Shown one piece after another: positions 52,039 through 64,000 of a stretch of 64,000 nt of DNA. The notes under the pieces are model-generated. The model made no database searches, was not told the DNA's origin, and saw nothing but the letters and a program-made list of their open reading frames with translations. The stretch is from contig BCIN01000003.1 in the NCBI GenBank assembly GCA_039545335.1, positions 2,117,060 through 2,181,059 on the forward strand, given 5' to 3'. Origin of the DNA: Kondoa subrosea (Eukaryota). A program made the position numbers and the translations under genes. The stretch's first letter is position 1. Every line of letters starts with the position of its first letter.

Positions 52039-53128
52039 TTAATTCAGGTTCTTTGCTAGTACCGCCGCTGCCGCTATCAGGCCTACAATGCATAACAACA
52101 TTGCAACATTGCAAACGATCCACAACCTGTTTCTCTTCGCATGCGCCATGTATCGAGCGCATCGAGTCTTTGGTTGTCGAAGATGGCGTCGACTTCTACG
52201 AGACTCATGCCTTGATCTAGAGAGCTGCTTTTCAGAGAAAGAAGTAGGCGTGTCGGCTTCATTTTCCGTCTCCTCCTCGTCATCTTCTATGTACTCGTAT
52301 CGACCCATTTCTGGATCTAGAAGTGAAGAAGCGCTCGACAAAGGTCTTGCACTAGAAGCGATTGTAGGTGCTGGAGCTCTTCCGCTGCAAATAATGTCAT
52401 GTTGCTGCTATAGACGGCTCTTTAAAGAGAATGACTGACCCATGATGGATGCTTGATGGCGCTGTGATCGTGGAAGACACGAATGATCCAGCTCTTGATT
52501 TGTGAGTAGTTGCAGGGGCTACGACTATAGGCCGAAGAACTTGCTTGACGGGCTTTGCGACGGCGACTACATGGATATCAGAATCTGCTTCACATTCCAC
52601 TATTTAATTGACTGACCGACATAAGGTTTGGGCATTTTGGGCACATCTGGTGCATTCGATTCGCTTGCTAGCGTTACAACCGAATTCTTCCTTGTCCACG
52701 TTCGGAAATCGGCTTGCCAAACTGTTCAAAGTTAGAGATCAGCTCTCATTTCGCACCGGCTAGAACCATTTTGGCAACTCACTTGAACTCTGAGAAGACT
52801 GAGGCCTTGATTTGGTAGTTGCGCGAGATAGAGGTCTCGATGGACCACCAAGAGTAAGGTTATCCAAATCGATAGCATGAGCTTGAGTTATAGTGATTGG
52901 CAGACTAGTCGGTCTTGAAGTCAATGGAAGAGGAGAAGAAGGTACCGAATAGGCTTCGCCAGCTTCGTAAGAATTGCGCACCGAAATAGTTTTTGGAAGG
53001 CTCTTTGCCGTCGCTCTGCGATTTGAACGAGTTTTGGTAGATTTCTTGTGGCTTAATCGCCTAGCAGAGTGTCTTGGAGTGAGACCTGTGACGTCTGAGG
53101 GCAAATCTAGCGCTGAGAAAGAGGACAT
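52039..53128 (-). CDS. Uncharacterised S/T-rich protein with a C-terminal TM segment
   Basis: Spliced low-complexity ORFs ending KRNRLWIVCNVAMLLCIVGLIAAAAVLAKNLN. Confidence 0.6.
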
Positions 53129-53757
53129 TAATGCGACTTGTTGTAAGGTAAAAGAAAGCAACGGCAGAGAAGACACCGAGTATCAGCAGCTCTAAGGGTG
53201 TGTCATGTGCATCGGAAGCCAAACATAAATTTCAATAGCTAGAAGCTGGGAGCAAAAGAAGAGGTAGTCGAGAACAATGAAAAGAACGTAATTTGTACAG
53301 ATGAAAAGCACTGAGAAAGGGTAGGATAGAAGAAAGGTTACGAAAGTGACTGGCGAAGAGTCCATAGCGGTTGAAGCAGTCTTCCTATACGCGCAGTCAT
53401 CGACTGTTGTATGGATTTTCGGTTCAGAAATTTTGGCAGGCCAGCTTCTTTCATGGAGAAAGGTGAGTGTCGGAATTCACACAGTATACAAGAATCCTGG
53501 CGGCTGTTGGGTATCTGAGCGCGCATCATAGCCAATGGTCGTCTCGATACAATACGCATAATATCTCTGAAGCTGTTTACCTGTTGCAACCAATATCAAC
53601 CAATTGGCGCTTTGCCTATCTATCTAAGGCTGCTATATCCGTCTCACGATACCTGCGTGCATCTAAAGCCTGGGACGCGAAAGATAGCCGTCTGTTTATT
53701 CAAAGAATACAAACCTCCAGGACGGATTCTCAACCGCCTGTTGCGAGCACTTCGAAG

Positions 53758-55998
53758 ATGCCAATCGATAGTGGACCATCAGAGACCCAATCCTCTGTTG
53801 CTAAAACTTCAAAATTATCAGCGGACAGCAAAATATCAGTAGTTCAAGCGAAGTCAAAGAAACAGCAAGATCAATCCAAGGTCCCAGAGTACATGGAGCA
53901 TAATAACATTCGATTTGTGGTACAGACTTCGGTATGCTGCCATTTTCTACGAGTAGAAGAAGCTAAACTGTTCAATATTTAGGCAACCGAAGACGCTCCA
54001 AAAGCTTTGCCAGCATCATGGAGGAATAGGAAGGCTCGAAAGATCTCGACCAGCGTCATAAACAACGGCGCTACTACTTTAGTCCAAGGCTATGTCTTGA
54101 GGTTCGTCAAGTTGACTGAACGCCTGGATTTCGCCGAGAGTATGTTTGCAGCGAATCCTTCCTCTGGACTCGCCTGTATCTGTATCAGACAAATAAAAAG
54201 ACTGGCTCAAAAGCGTCTACCTGGAAGTCGAAGTCATGCTATCTGATGCGGACATACATAAATGGAGAAAATGTGTAAGCAGTTCTATATGGGAGAGAAC
54301 TGCAGCCGATTAATATCTCTCTAGGCCTTTCGAAGAACAGAACATCACTAAAACCTTCAGTCAGAAAGATGTCAATTATGGTATCGATGTCTTTGAGTAC
54401 ACCTCGCTCGATGGCAAGCATGTTCAATACCTAAAGACCTTGCCTCGTGAAGCTGGATTGGAACAAGATAACGCTCGGCTCGCGACATTGACAGACCAAG
54501 AAGTCGATGATTTGGGCTCTCTGAGAATAGAATTCCATCGCTGCCAGATTGAAAGTTTCCAAAGAGTCAAGCGAGATGACCTGAAACCAACAGCAGACGA
54601 GATTGATCTCGAAGAACCAGACGAAGACCGCTTGCGATCGCACGGTCGTAGCCCACGCTTATCTGATTATCTCGCGTGGGGTAAGCGGATGGACTATGTC
54701 TTNCTCTTACGAGTTAACATGTATGCCCTCTAGGTCCACCCAGACCCTCGGTCACCCGCAGAAATACGTACTTCTTCTACGAAAACACGGTAGAAGAAGC
54801 GACACACGTTGAAGAAATACCTTTCCTGGTTTTCAAATGCTATTATAAAGACAAACGAGCGCTACGAGCGTGTGGCATCATTCCGCCCAGGGTCGATGTT
54901 GATCTGACAGCCTCAGCTGACGAAGCAGAAGAAGAACACGAGGTGGACAAAGGGCGAGATTCAGAAGCTGAATCTGACCTTACTGACATAGAAGACGAAG
55001 AAACCTCGGTGAAAAAGGAAGAAGAAGATATCAAGCCTGATCTGAATGTTATTATGCCAAAGAAACCGAAAAAGAGACGACTAGCAACACCTCCGATCAA
55101 CCCTTTTGAGATCGAAGTTGCTGATCTGCCTCAAGCGTCGCCCAAAAAGCGAAAACGCTCGCAAAGATCAGATCCATGTGAAGACTCTGGACTGATCAAC
55201 GTATCTCCTTCGCCTGCGCGATTTTCCTCCGAAGCTGTCTCTCCAATCGCCAGTACTTCTGCTATTCCCCGTACTCCCAGTAATGCGCTATCAAGCCTTA
55301 ATTTGAACGCAGCTTCTGCAGAGGGGGAGTCTTCCGCTGAAGAGGATGTCAGACCAACACCTGGTCCCAAGACTCCGCTCCCAGCTGATCTGGCTAATGA
55401 CAATTCATTGCAAGTCAGGCTGCATTTCGAAGGCTTGGTGAATGGGAAAACGCTCCCTCCGCAAAAGCACGTGAGTCTTGACCTATGTCTAGCTTGTCGA
55501 GCTGCTCTAAACTCTCCAAATAGATGACCACAACGTTAGAGACAGTCAAAGACTTTAGGCGAAGGATTTTGAGAGGTCTACGGCCCCTCAGACTTAAGTT
55601 TGAATTCAAGGTCAACAGTTCATCCTCATTATTGCAGTGAAGATGCTGAACTGTTTCTGTAGAACGACAACGGTGATCTCGAACCTCTTACACGATATCC
55701 ATTTGGATACTTGAAGAGTCAAGCTCAAGCTATAGATGGCTATATGATTCGAATTTATGCTACTCAAGTTCCTCCTTCACCCAAGAAGATCAAGACTGAA
55801 GTCAAGACTGAAGTCAAGGAGGAAGTGAAAGCTGAGGCCTTGGATATAAAACCAGTCATCAAGGATGAGGTGCAAGAGGCAGAGATTGATAGCGATATTG
55901 AAATCCTGAGTGGAACTCCTGATTGCGTGAAGGTGAAAGTGGAAGACCAGCAGACTAAAGGGAAGAAGCCTGCAGTGTATTATGATGACATTCTGTAG
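53758..55998 (+). CDS. Uncharacterised fungal nuclear-type protein (DUF7918-like domain, NLS, psi-KxE cluster); start uncertain
   Basis: LGSLRIEFHRC...PFLVFKCYYKDKRALRACGIIPP pattern; PKKPKKRR; acidic tracts. Confidence 0.6.
55791..55818 (+). repeat. 12-bp coding tandem repeat (CAAGACTGAAGT)x2 plus a partial copy
   Basis: Read directly from the sequence; encodes KTEVKTEVK. Confidence 0.85.
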
Positions 55999-56056
55999 CT
56001 TTAGTACATCGCAATGTAACATTGTAGATCTATATATTCACCATTTTGACCAGCAA

Positions 56057-57534
56057 TCACACAACTTTGATAATTATAACAGCAGCTGCAACCCCTAGCA
56101 AGCACAACAGAACGAGCCCGATAGCCCAAAGAATGCGCTTCTTAGTCCACCAGCCTTCTTTCCCTTTTGCTGCCGCAGGCTTTGCGAATTGTCTTGGAGC
56201 AGAAACAGGCAAGGGAAGAAGACCAGGTCTGGCTTTCTCTTCACTAAACCGAGACTTGTTTTCAGCGAACCCAAATGGACTATGCGCCTCGAAAGCTCTT
56301 CGTTTATCTGCATCCCAATATCTACGAAGGCTATTAGCTGGGTCAAAAGCTATCTGCACAAAGACTGACTGCTGTAGGCTCGAAATAGATGTTTTGCGAA
56401 CAAGTGAAGAAGCTTGAATGGGTTCCAAGAAGCTTGAAGTAGGCATATTGATCGACTGATGTGAAAGAGTAGAGAAAGAAGGAGCAGCTGAAGTAGAACG
56501 AGAATGGACACTTGTGCTGTGTCTGGTTGTATCTCTGGACTCGTGTAGATCTGATTGCGAACGAAATCGAGTTGCAACTTTCCTTGAGTGAGAGCTTCCT
56601 GCGGAATTGCGAAGTTCTCGTAAATTAGGAGGAGGAGAGGGAAGGACAATAGCCTGTGAAGGGATAGCTGGCAGATCTGCATCTTTGATAGCTATTAAGG
56701 CAGGCGACTTAGGTGTAGAAGGTGCTGAAGTTTTGCTTTGTTTGAAAGAGGCGCGGGTTGGAGTTGTCGGAAATGACATGGTGCTGGGTAAAGCTAATAA
56801 GAGGGTAAGTGAAGTACGAGAGTAAGAACTCAGCCGACTTACGGACCAAAGGTGTCTGTCTATGGCCTGAATTTGGCCTTGATGAACTCTTGCGCCCTGA
56901 AGTAGGTCGAGAAGGAGAATTCTTGACCACAGAAGACCGTCTAGAATTGGAAGAAGAAGTTCTTGTAGGTCTAGGAAGAGGATTTGTGGACTGGAAGGAC
57001 TTTGCAATAGGTTTCTTTGGCGATTTGCTATCGAGTGAGTAACGCGAAGGATCGATTTTTGGTTCCGCCGGTAGGGATTTCTGTACCAGGATTGGATGAT
57101 GCTTATCATGACGAATCTCTTCTAATTTGGTAGGAGAAGGTGCAAGTCCATAAGAATCGATCCAAGTTGATTCTCTGAAAGTCTGTCTTTTAGCCACTAT
57201 GATATGGGCTTCAGATAAAGAGGAGCGAGACATATGATCTTGATCTTCTGCTGAACTGTTCTCAGCGGAAGAGGAATCGTTGTAGTAAAACCCTCGAGCT
57301 TCGTCTTCCGATAAGTTGGTTATAGGTGGACTTGGCAGCACTTCATTTTCTAGATCCCATAGTCCGCCTGATACAAGTCAATTAGACTTTATGTGAATGA
57401 AAAGAGCAAGAACAACCTGTTCTTGGCCCAAATGAACGTCGACTGCAAAACCCTTTGATAGTCAGAAGCTAGACAGAGACGAACGAGATGTCAAGCACTC
57501 ACGGTCGCTTACATCGAGGCCGACGTCTATCCAT
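56057..57534 (-). CDS. Uncharacterised S/P-rich tail-anchored protein
   Basis: Four exons join in frame (MDRRRPRWFCSRRSFGPRTGGLWDLENEVLPSPP...) and end WWTKKRILWAIGLVLLCLLGVAAAVIIIKVV. Confidence 0.65.
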
Positions 57535-58110
57535 GATATCTGATGTGGCATTCACATTCGTATTCAGTATGAGGTCCATGGTTAAAAGTGTGAGGATAAG
57601 AAAGGCTTTACTATTTCATCACTACTGTACAGACAGAGCAAGATTCCAGCTGTTTCCATGTCGGAGTTCATCATCTCGAGGTTCAAGCAATTGCAAGAGA
57701 GGCTCTTCGGAAAAAGATGAAAGCCAGGAAGATTTCATCGGGTTTGAGTTACAATGAATAGAGAAGATCATTTGCCTCGAAAGCAAACACTGAGAAGCAC
57801 AGAGAACGCTTTGCCGGACACGAGAGTATAAATAGACGCTCGATGTAGCAGATTGCCAGGAATGGCAATTCGAAGAAAAATGAAATGGAGCATCGATTGA
57901 CGCCAAAGCAGAAGGCCACAATAATATAGAAGCATTGCAAAACCTGCAACCAACAGAGGGAATCTGAGCTGATGGCAGAAAAGGCAAAATTTCGAAATTG
58001 AAGCACAAATTACATTCGCTGAAAACAAAAAAGAAAGAAGACTATATCAAGCTATCCGACTGTATCTGAAAGATCCCTTATCCGAGAAAACCAACCACTT
58101 GCGTATAGAT

Positions 58111-59145
58111 TTACAACTCAAGGCCTACAAGAACGAAGGCATCTGATTGAGCTGATTGATTGGCGGGCATGACGGCACCACCAATGTAGAGAAGGGAGTG
58201 AAGAGTTTGAGCTGTGTTCATAAAGCACGTTCAGCTCTTGATAGAGCCTGAAGCACTTCTGACTCACCTAATTCGCAGTCATTCTTTTCAAGAACAACTA
58301 CAACCTGATCGCAAGCCAAATCTTCATCGGCGTGATCCAAAAGAGCAATCACGTTCTCCCTTGAGCGAACGTCGAAACCGCTCTGCCCTTTAGCATAAAC
58401 GGTTCGACCACCTTCACAATCCTCGACGAGAGCCAAAGACCAGCCGGTGAGCTTGGAGTCGACGTTGAGAGCGGTGCGGCCAACATCACAAGTCGGAAAG
58501 ACAGACTCCAAGAAGGTTGAGCTTGAAGGACCAAAGAAGTCGAGAGAATCGGTTGACGATGCTGGAGAAAGCATAGGAGCTGCAAAGGAAGATTTGCCAG
58601 CTTTGTTGAGCATCATGCCGAATGACGAGATTGAAGAGCCACCGAAAGAGGAAGCAGGAGAAGTTGAAGGAGTGGATAGAGGGGATAAGTCGGAAGCCAG
58701 GGTATCGATTACAGCCATAGAAGAAACAGAGTCGAGAGAAGCAGCCAAGAAACGGTTTGTGTCTTTCACCCACTTGCCGTCACCTCCAACAATATTGGCA
58801 TCAATTGAAGGCATTTGCTCGTGGTCGATGCTGTGTTGACAAGCTATGTTCAGTACATTGCAAAGTACGATGAGACTCATTCTGCTCACTCAGGACCACG
58901 ACTCGACCCCAATGGCCAACGTGCTGAAATTGGTGTTACCAGCAGTAGAAGTAGCGCAAGAAACAGGAGCCCTATAACAGAAATGTTAGGACAAAGGACT
59001 AATCGGTCAATATTGCCATTACCCATCACGAGTCAACTTTGCCAAGTTGCTCAAGGGGCGCATCTATACAGTGAATGAGGTCTCGACCGATGCCTATGCT
59101 CTATCCCATCCCACTTACACTAATATTGGCTGAATTTGGATTCAT
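58111..59145 (-). CDS. OAZ1: Ornithine decarboxylase antizyme (needs a +1 ribosomal frameshift)
   Basis: ORF1 (49 aa; exons 59145-59119, 59063-59023, 58971-58890) ends TGG TCC TGA. ORF2 in the +1 frame contains RENVIALLDHADEDLACDQVVVVLEK...LHSLLYIGG...VLVGLEL. Confidence 0.93.
58890..58898 (-). other. Programmed +1 frameshift site UGG-UCC-UGA
   Basis: The UCC-UGA shift site of mammalian and S. pombe antizymes. It puts ORF2 exactly in the +1 frame after splicing. Confidence 0.9.
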
Positions 59146-59891
59146 TTCGATGTCTTTGTACTGCCAGCTGTCGAGAGCGAGCGCAAAATGGGTAAAAGCA
59201 GTGGTAAGTCCTGAAGACTGCGCTAGGGTTGCCTAAAAAGGCTGGGAAAGATTGACTTGGTGGTTGAGGATAAGCTATTCGAGTTTGAAAGAACTGACTT
59301 CGCCACTTTGGGTTCAACGTGCGGTAAATTGCTCCTGTGTCAGACTGTGCTACATCGAAGTGCATGGCAGAGTCATAGTATGCCACTGATCTGCTCCTGT
59401 TTTTGAGACAGCGAGTTTTCCGTTTTGGCGAGTTCTTCCAGTTTGGGTTTCAGCATGTCAAGTCACTCTCCTCTCATTTTTACTATTAGGCGTATCCCTT
59501 TCCCTGCCATGTCGTCGCTCTTCCGTATGCCATCGACTGCCAATCTTTTCGCTTTTTGATGCTTTACCCTTTGTTCGCCAATTAGGCTTGCCTCGACTAA
59601 TATGTACAGCGCTTCCCTTGGGCAAGCTCTGTGCTCACTTCTGCGCAAAACTGAATGCGCAATAGTCCTCGCTCGAGCTGAAACCAACCTTCTGAAATGG
59701 GCCTATTGTCTGCGCATCAACTCATTCCGCTCTGATGTTTCAAGTCTGATGTTCCTTGATGTGATGTGATTGGATTGGATACCTTGGAATGTATATAATG
59801 CTCCTTCTACATCCTGTTTCTTTTCTCATCACCCTCACTTCTTGTTTCACTTTCATTCAAAACACACAATAACATATTCTTCTCAAGCACA

Positions 59892-60298
59892 ATGTCTTCA
59901 TCTACTACTTCTAACAATATCCTCTCTACTTTGAAGACTTTCCTTCCCAAGCGATCCAAAAAAGTCCAGGTTGAAGTGTTGAATATGTCGAAAGAGGAGA
60001 TTGAAGCAGAGAAAGCAGAGATGAGAAACAGGTCAGTCTTTTTCGTTTGCCTCACTGCAACTTCAGCTGATGGATATACTCTAGCTGGACTCCTATTCAA
60101 TCAAACTACAGCGCTTCCATCTATTCTCAATCTTCCTTCTCTTCTTCCGAAACTTTGCCTATCTATACCACTACTGCTGGTTTCTGGGCACCGGAAACGA
60201 AGAACAAGGTCAAGCGCAGCTGTGAGGTGTTGGAAATAGCTAGACTCAGAGGAAACGATGAACGTATCGGTCAAGGCTTAGCGCAATTGGGTTGGTAA
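59892..60298 (+). CDS. Small (~117 aa) PY-motif protein, copy 2 (intact)
   Basis: Intron 60032-60084 gives MSSSTTSNNILSTLKTFLPKRSKK...EEIEAEKAEMRNSWTPI...ETLPIYT...KVKRSCEVLEIARLRGNDERIGQGLAQLGW. TATATAA at ~59792. A paralog lies at 27089-27558. Confidence 0.8.
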
Positions 60299-60447
60299 AT
60301 CTCAAATGAAGGGATTGCAAAGGGGCTTGCGGATAGATGTAGACCAGTGCTTCGAAATACATTTTAGACATTCATTACATTTCCTTGGATTCGCCTCACT
60401 GTATTGTGCTGTTCTGCTTACTAATACGGTTCCGTCGGTTGCTTTCA

Positions 60448-61538
60448 ATGGCGACTCTCTCAAATGTTCTCGGCTACGCTTACTTTACGGCATGGTCTGC
60501 TTCCTTCTATCCTCAAGCGATCTTGAACTATCAGCGCAAGAGGTAGTAGACCGACAATTAGTGATTGTCAAGTTGGATCTGACATGATGCTCGCGCAGTG
60601 TTGCTGGCCTGAGCTTTCAATTCCTGTATACCAATGTAATAGGTGCGTCATTCGCTTGCGTGATGATCCAGGCTAATAGCTAGTAGCTTTCACCTGCTAT
60701 TCGATATACAACATTGGGCTTTATGCCTCGCATGCCGTCAGAGAAGAATACGCGAAACGGAATTACGGTACGTCTGCTCTATCAATTGTACTACAAGCTC
60801 ATGATGACTTCACATAGGTGCGAGGCCTGGTGTACAGCTCAACGATGTGTTGTTTGCATGCCATGGACTGGCTTCCGTTATAGTTCAACTATACCAAACT
60901 CGCATATACGAGGTACGGTATACTTTCCCTCTGAAGATTCCGCCATCTAACAGCTTGGATTCGACAGCGCGCATCGGGTCAAGGTCTTTCTCGGACTTGG
61001 GTACAAGGATTTCTAGCGGCAACGACTTTCATCATCGCAGCAGCTATTACGTCTTACTCTGGTCTTATACATCCTCTTGACTTCCTGTACTTCCTTTCCT
61101 ATTGCAAGCTTGTCGGATCTTTCCTCAAGTAAGCTTTAATTTGATTTATTTTGTTGTTGCTGCTAAACTTGTTCCAGGTATCTTCCTCAACTGAAGCTGA
61201 ACTATACCCGCAAAAGTACTGTAGGGTGGTCAATATGGAATGTAAGCCATTCTTCTAAGCCTGCGGTGATGTAAGAACTGATGGTCGATATTCAGATTGT
61301 CCTGGATATGACAGGCGGCATCCTTTCTATCATCCAACTCTTCCTAGACTCAAGTCTAGCAGATCCTAATCATCCTTTCAGAGCGGTTCGAGGCAATGTG
61401 TCGAAGCTACTTCTTGGCCTCATCAGTCTATGCTTCGATTTGCTCTTCATCGCGCAACATTTACTATACCGCAATCGAATACCCAAGGAAGAAGGCAGCA
61501 AGCAAGCAGAGCCAAGAGAAACGGACCCTTTATTATGA
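60448..61538 (+). CDS. Cystinosin/Ers1-like PQ-loop vacuolar cystine transporter
   Basis: [68 protein letters not shown]; C-terminal ETDPLL dileucine motif. Confidence 0.92.
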
Positions 61539-61619
61539 GTAGTTTTGCTTTGTACAACTGTATAGATTGTATTTGTTATTGCTTGTACTATTCTTGACAT
61601 CGCCCTTACATGCCTAACT

Positions 61620-62735
61620 TTACGATTGAACAGCAAGTTTGCTTTTTATAATTCCTTCTTCCCCGGCGGTAGTCGTATATCTTCGCGCACCTGTTGATTG
61701 AAGCTTCTTCGACATTGAGCTATTCCCGCAGGTGAAGTTACTCACGTTCTCGATATTGTGTGGATTTAGGCCAGCAGCTCTTTCTATTCTTTCAAACACA
61801 GCGTCCACAATATGTTCCATCGGCTCATCAAAGATGAAAGGGAGGAAGGGCACTATGCCCAGCTGTCGGTGACGAACCCCTCAGAAAGAGCCAGAAACAA
61901 ACTTGGGGAAGACTTACACCCATGACCTGATTGGTAAAGCAGCACATGATCAAGCAGGTCTTATCAATCAAGACTCGAACTTACTGTAGGACCCCATGCT
62001 TTTACCTTCACATTTCTGACATTTCGGAATAGAGGTGCTATACATCATTCTGTAAGCTAACGTAGACCCTATATCTTCACGATACTGACGAGAATACTTG
62101 ACAGCGCTATGAATCGTCAAAGCCGGGAAAAGCATTGAAGCCGTGGCTTGGAAAATGGCTCGTTTGGCTACGACTAGTCCCACTTCAGTGGTTTCTGATG
62201 GACCGTCCAGGACTGCGGGCGAATTCTTCCGCCTTAGATGAGCTTTGTAGCCTTCATAACCGACGTCTCCTCCTGTAGCACTAATGAGCGCAAAATACCA
62301 GCTTAGTTGGGTTACGTACCTAGATACAGCCAAGACACAGCGTATCTATGCGAAACATTCAGACATGACATGAGGCAGTGATTAGTCTCACTTACGCTCC
62401 TCGCACGAAAGCCGGGTTGACAATTGGTCGGAAAGCTTCTCCCAGATCAGAAGTGTATGCAAGATAACGACTGCTGTGCGAGGACAGGTTAGCCTTTAGT
62501 TGTGGTTTACCAGCTTGCGGAACATATCTTGATGAAGATTGGTTTCAGACGAGCCAGATAGGCCGCGTATCTGACATTGGTATTCGTGGAATCTTGCAAT
62601 TGGCCGTCAACCTTCATAGATTGTCAAAAGCCATTCATATATAGGTCAACATTGCAAGTCTACCATCTTGTCTACTATTTTCTCCTCCAATCCTACAGCC
62701 TTTTCTACCAGCGTTGTAGCGGTAGTGGTAGACAT
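61620..62735 (-). CDS. MTFP1: Mitochondrial fission process protein MTFP1/MTP18
   Basis: VRYAAY, RYLAYTSDLGEAFRP, GGDVGYEGYKA, RAIFQATASMLFPALTIHS, GLGIVPFLPFIFDEPMEH. Confidence 0.9.
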
Positions 62736-63235
62736 CTTGGAAACTTGTATGTCGGAAGTGAGAAGTACAATCAAAGGGAGGGAGCAACAGCAGCCACAAG
62801 ACTCGGCAGGAAGAGAGACCAGGCAATCAGACAGGCGCGTAGCAAGCGAATGACGACAAGCGCAATGGTTTGAGCGTAACCTCGAGTGTTTTCTTTTGTC
62901 AGCACTTATCTCGCCCGGCGAGGCCAAGCACGAATATCTGGAGCTAGATTCCTCCTGCAAACAAGTATACCACAGAGCAATGGATGGATTCCTCTTCAAG
63001 CTGTCGTAAATTCTGGTTTCCATATTTCGGCGGATTGCAACTCTGTGCTGCTGACGGTGCAAAGATTTGGGCTGCAGCGTACGACTCTGCTTCTTGTGCT
63101 CCTACCATCATAGCGTCGGCTGCAATTCCGCATAAGCTATCTTCCAGCCGAAATCATAGAAATAACTCTTGAGTATCGGGATTGGATAACGGCTTCTCTT
63201 ACTCTGCTACTATCAACGCGCTCTGTCTGCCTGCA

Positions 63236-64000
63236 ATGTCAAGCGACGAGTCGAAGAATCAAGCAGCTTCGGCGGAAACGCTGGCTCGAGAGGCAAACGT
63301 TATACCTGCAATCAATTCAGAAGACATGGAGAAATTGAGTCTAAAGGAGCCAGATGTATTACCTTCGGATAGTAACAAGGCTGATTTTCCTGATGGTGGA
63401 TATGGTTGGGTGATTGTCGCTTGTGCATTCTCAATAGGTGTGTACATATACTCATTACTCATCATGCAACATACTTATTTCACTAAGCCATGGTGACCTG
63501 GGGTCTGGTAGATCCAAATCCTTATTCAAATCTTCTACCAAGTTAATTCCTTGTTTCTTCTAGAATGCTACTTTCGCTGTCTTTCTATCCTTCTACATCG
63601 AAAATGATTACTTTCCTGGCGCTACCGCTTTGGAATTTGCTTTCATCGGTGGTCTATCTCTATCGCTTGCCATGTTGGTTGGTCCTGTCTCGAATTGGCT
63701 GAGCAAGAGTTATGGGCATCGAGTTCCGATGATTATCGGCGCGATTCTTCTTGGAGGCGGTCAAATATGCGCTGGATTCGCAAAAAAGCTTTGGCAACTC
63801 TTTCTTACGCAAGGAGTTTGCTTTGGTCTAGGTTTAGGCTTTATCATGGTTTCTTCTGCGCCTATCGTTTCGCAATGGTTTGGAACAAGGAGATCGCTTG
63901 CTCTTGGCTTACAAGGTGCTGGATCAGGAGCAGGCGGGCTGTTATTCAGCAATGTTACCCGGATCATGATCGAGAAACATGGTCTTAAAAGCGCATTTCT
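63236..64000 (+). CDS. MFS monocarboxylate-porter (MCH-like) transporter, 5' part, truncated by the window end
   Basis: FPDGGYGWVIV, AFIGGLS, WQLFLTQGVCFGLGLG, QWFGTRRSLALG...GSGAGGL. Confidence 0.9.

Noticed and set aside
53276..53757. Possible extra upstream exons or a small gene
   Set aside because: Splice-like signals are present, but I could not assemble a convincing frame or recognisable protein.
54703..54703. Ambiguous base n
   Set aside because: It falls in a probable intron and reflects assembly uncertainty only.
58890..58892. UGA as a selenocysteine or readthrough codon
   Set aside because: The downstream antizyme domain is in the +1 frame, not the 0 frame.
1..64000. Many antisense or overlapping ORFs in the six-frame track; mobile elements, CRISPR arrays, tRNA/rRNA; TGA-CTA readthrough PTS1 signals
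   Set aside because: The shadow ORFs mirror real exons or low-complexity coding sequence. I saw no transposase/RT motifs, LTRs/TIRs, spaced repeats, cloverleafs or TGA-CTA stops at the gene ends I checked, though a manual scan is not exhaustive.

Overview
A gene-dense stretch of a fungal nuclear genome. It is most likely a basidiomycete, inferred from the single-chain ATP-citrate lyase and the many ~50-60 nt introns. I assembled about 33 spliced protein-coding genes by eye: a CWF19L1/Drn1 homolog, TFIIB, RBMX2/Ist3, a LysM protein, an Ivy1-like protein, a UBL-WLM protease, an SLAC1/Ssu1-type transporter, an RBBP9-like hydrolase, GCN2, two MFS transporters, RPL9, two paralogous alpha/beta hydrolases, Sgf73, a TPR/J-domain protein, two PQ-loop proteins, DUF3429, AMMECR1, HBS1, ACL, a CaMK, a multi-BRCT protein, ODC antizyme, MTFP1 and several unknowns. 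I saw no transposon, tRNA, rRNA or CRISPR array. The most interesting signals concern RNA processing and recoding: (1) an antizyme +1 frameshift site (UGG-UCC-UGA) with an intron starting right after the UGA; (2) one HBS1 gene apparently making both Hbs1 and a GTPase-less Ski7-like protein through alternative 3' splice sites; (3) a 1-nt exon needed to keep the CaMK in frame; (4) a probable U2-type AT-AC intron in MTFP1; (5) an unrecognised family of two small PY-motif proteins with a shared promoter motif, one copy frameshifted by a 7-bp duplication; (6) a structured H/ACA-like element lying antisense inside an unusually long intron. All exon boundaries and family assignments come from manual reading and recall, not from database searches.
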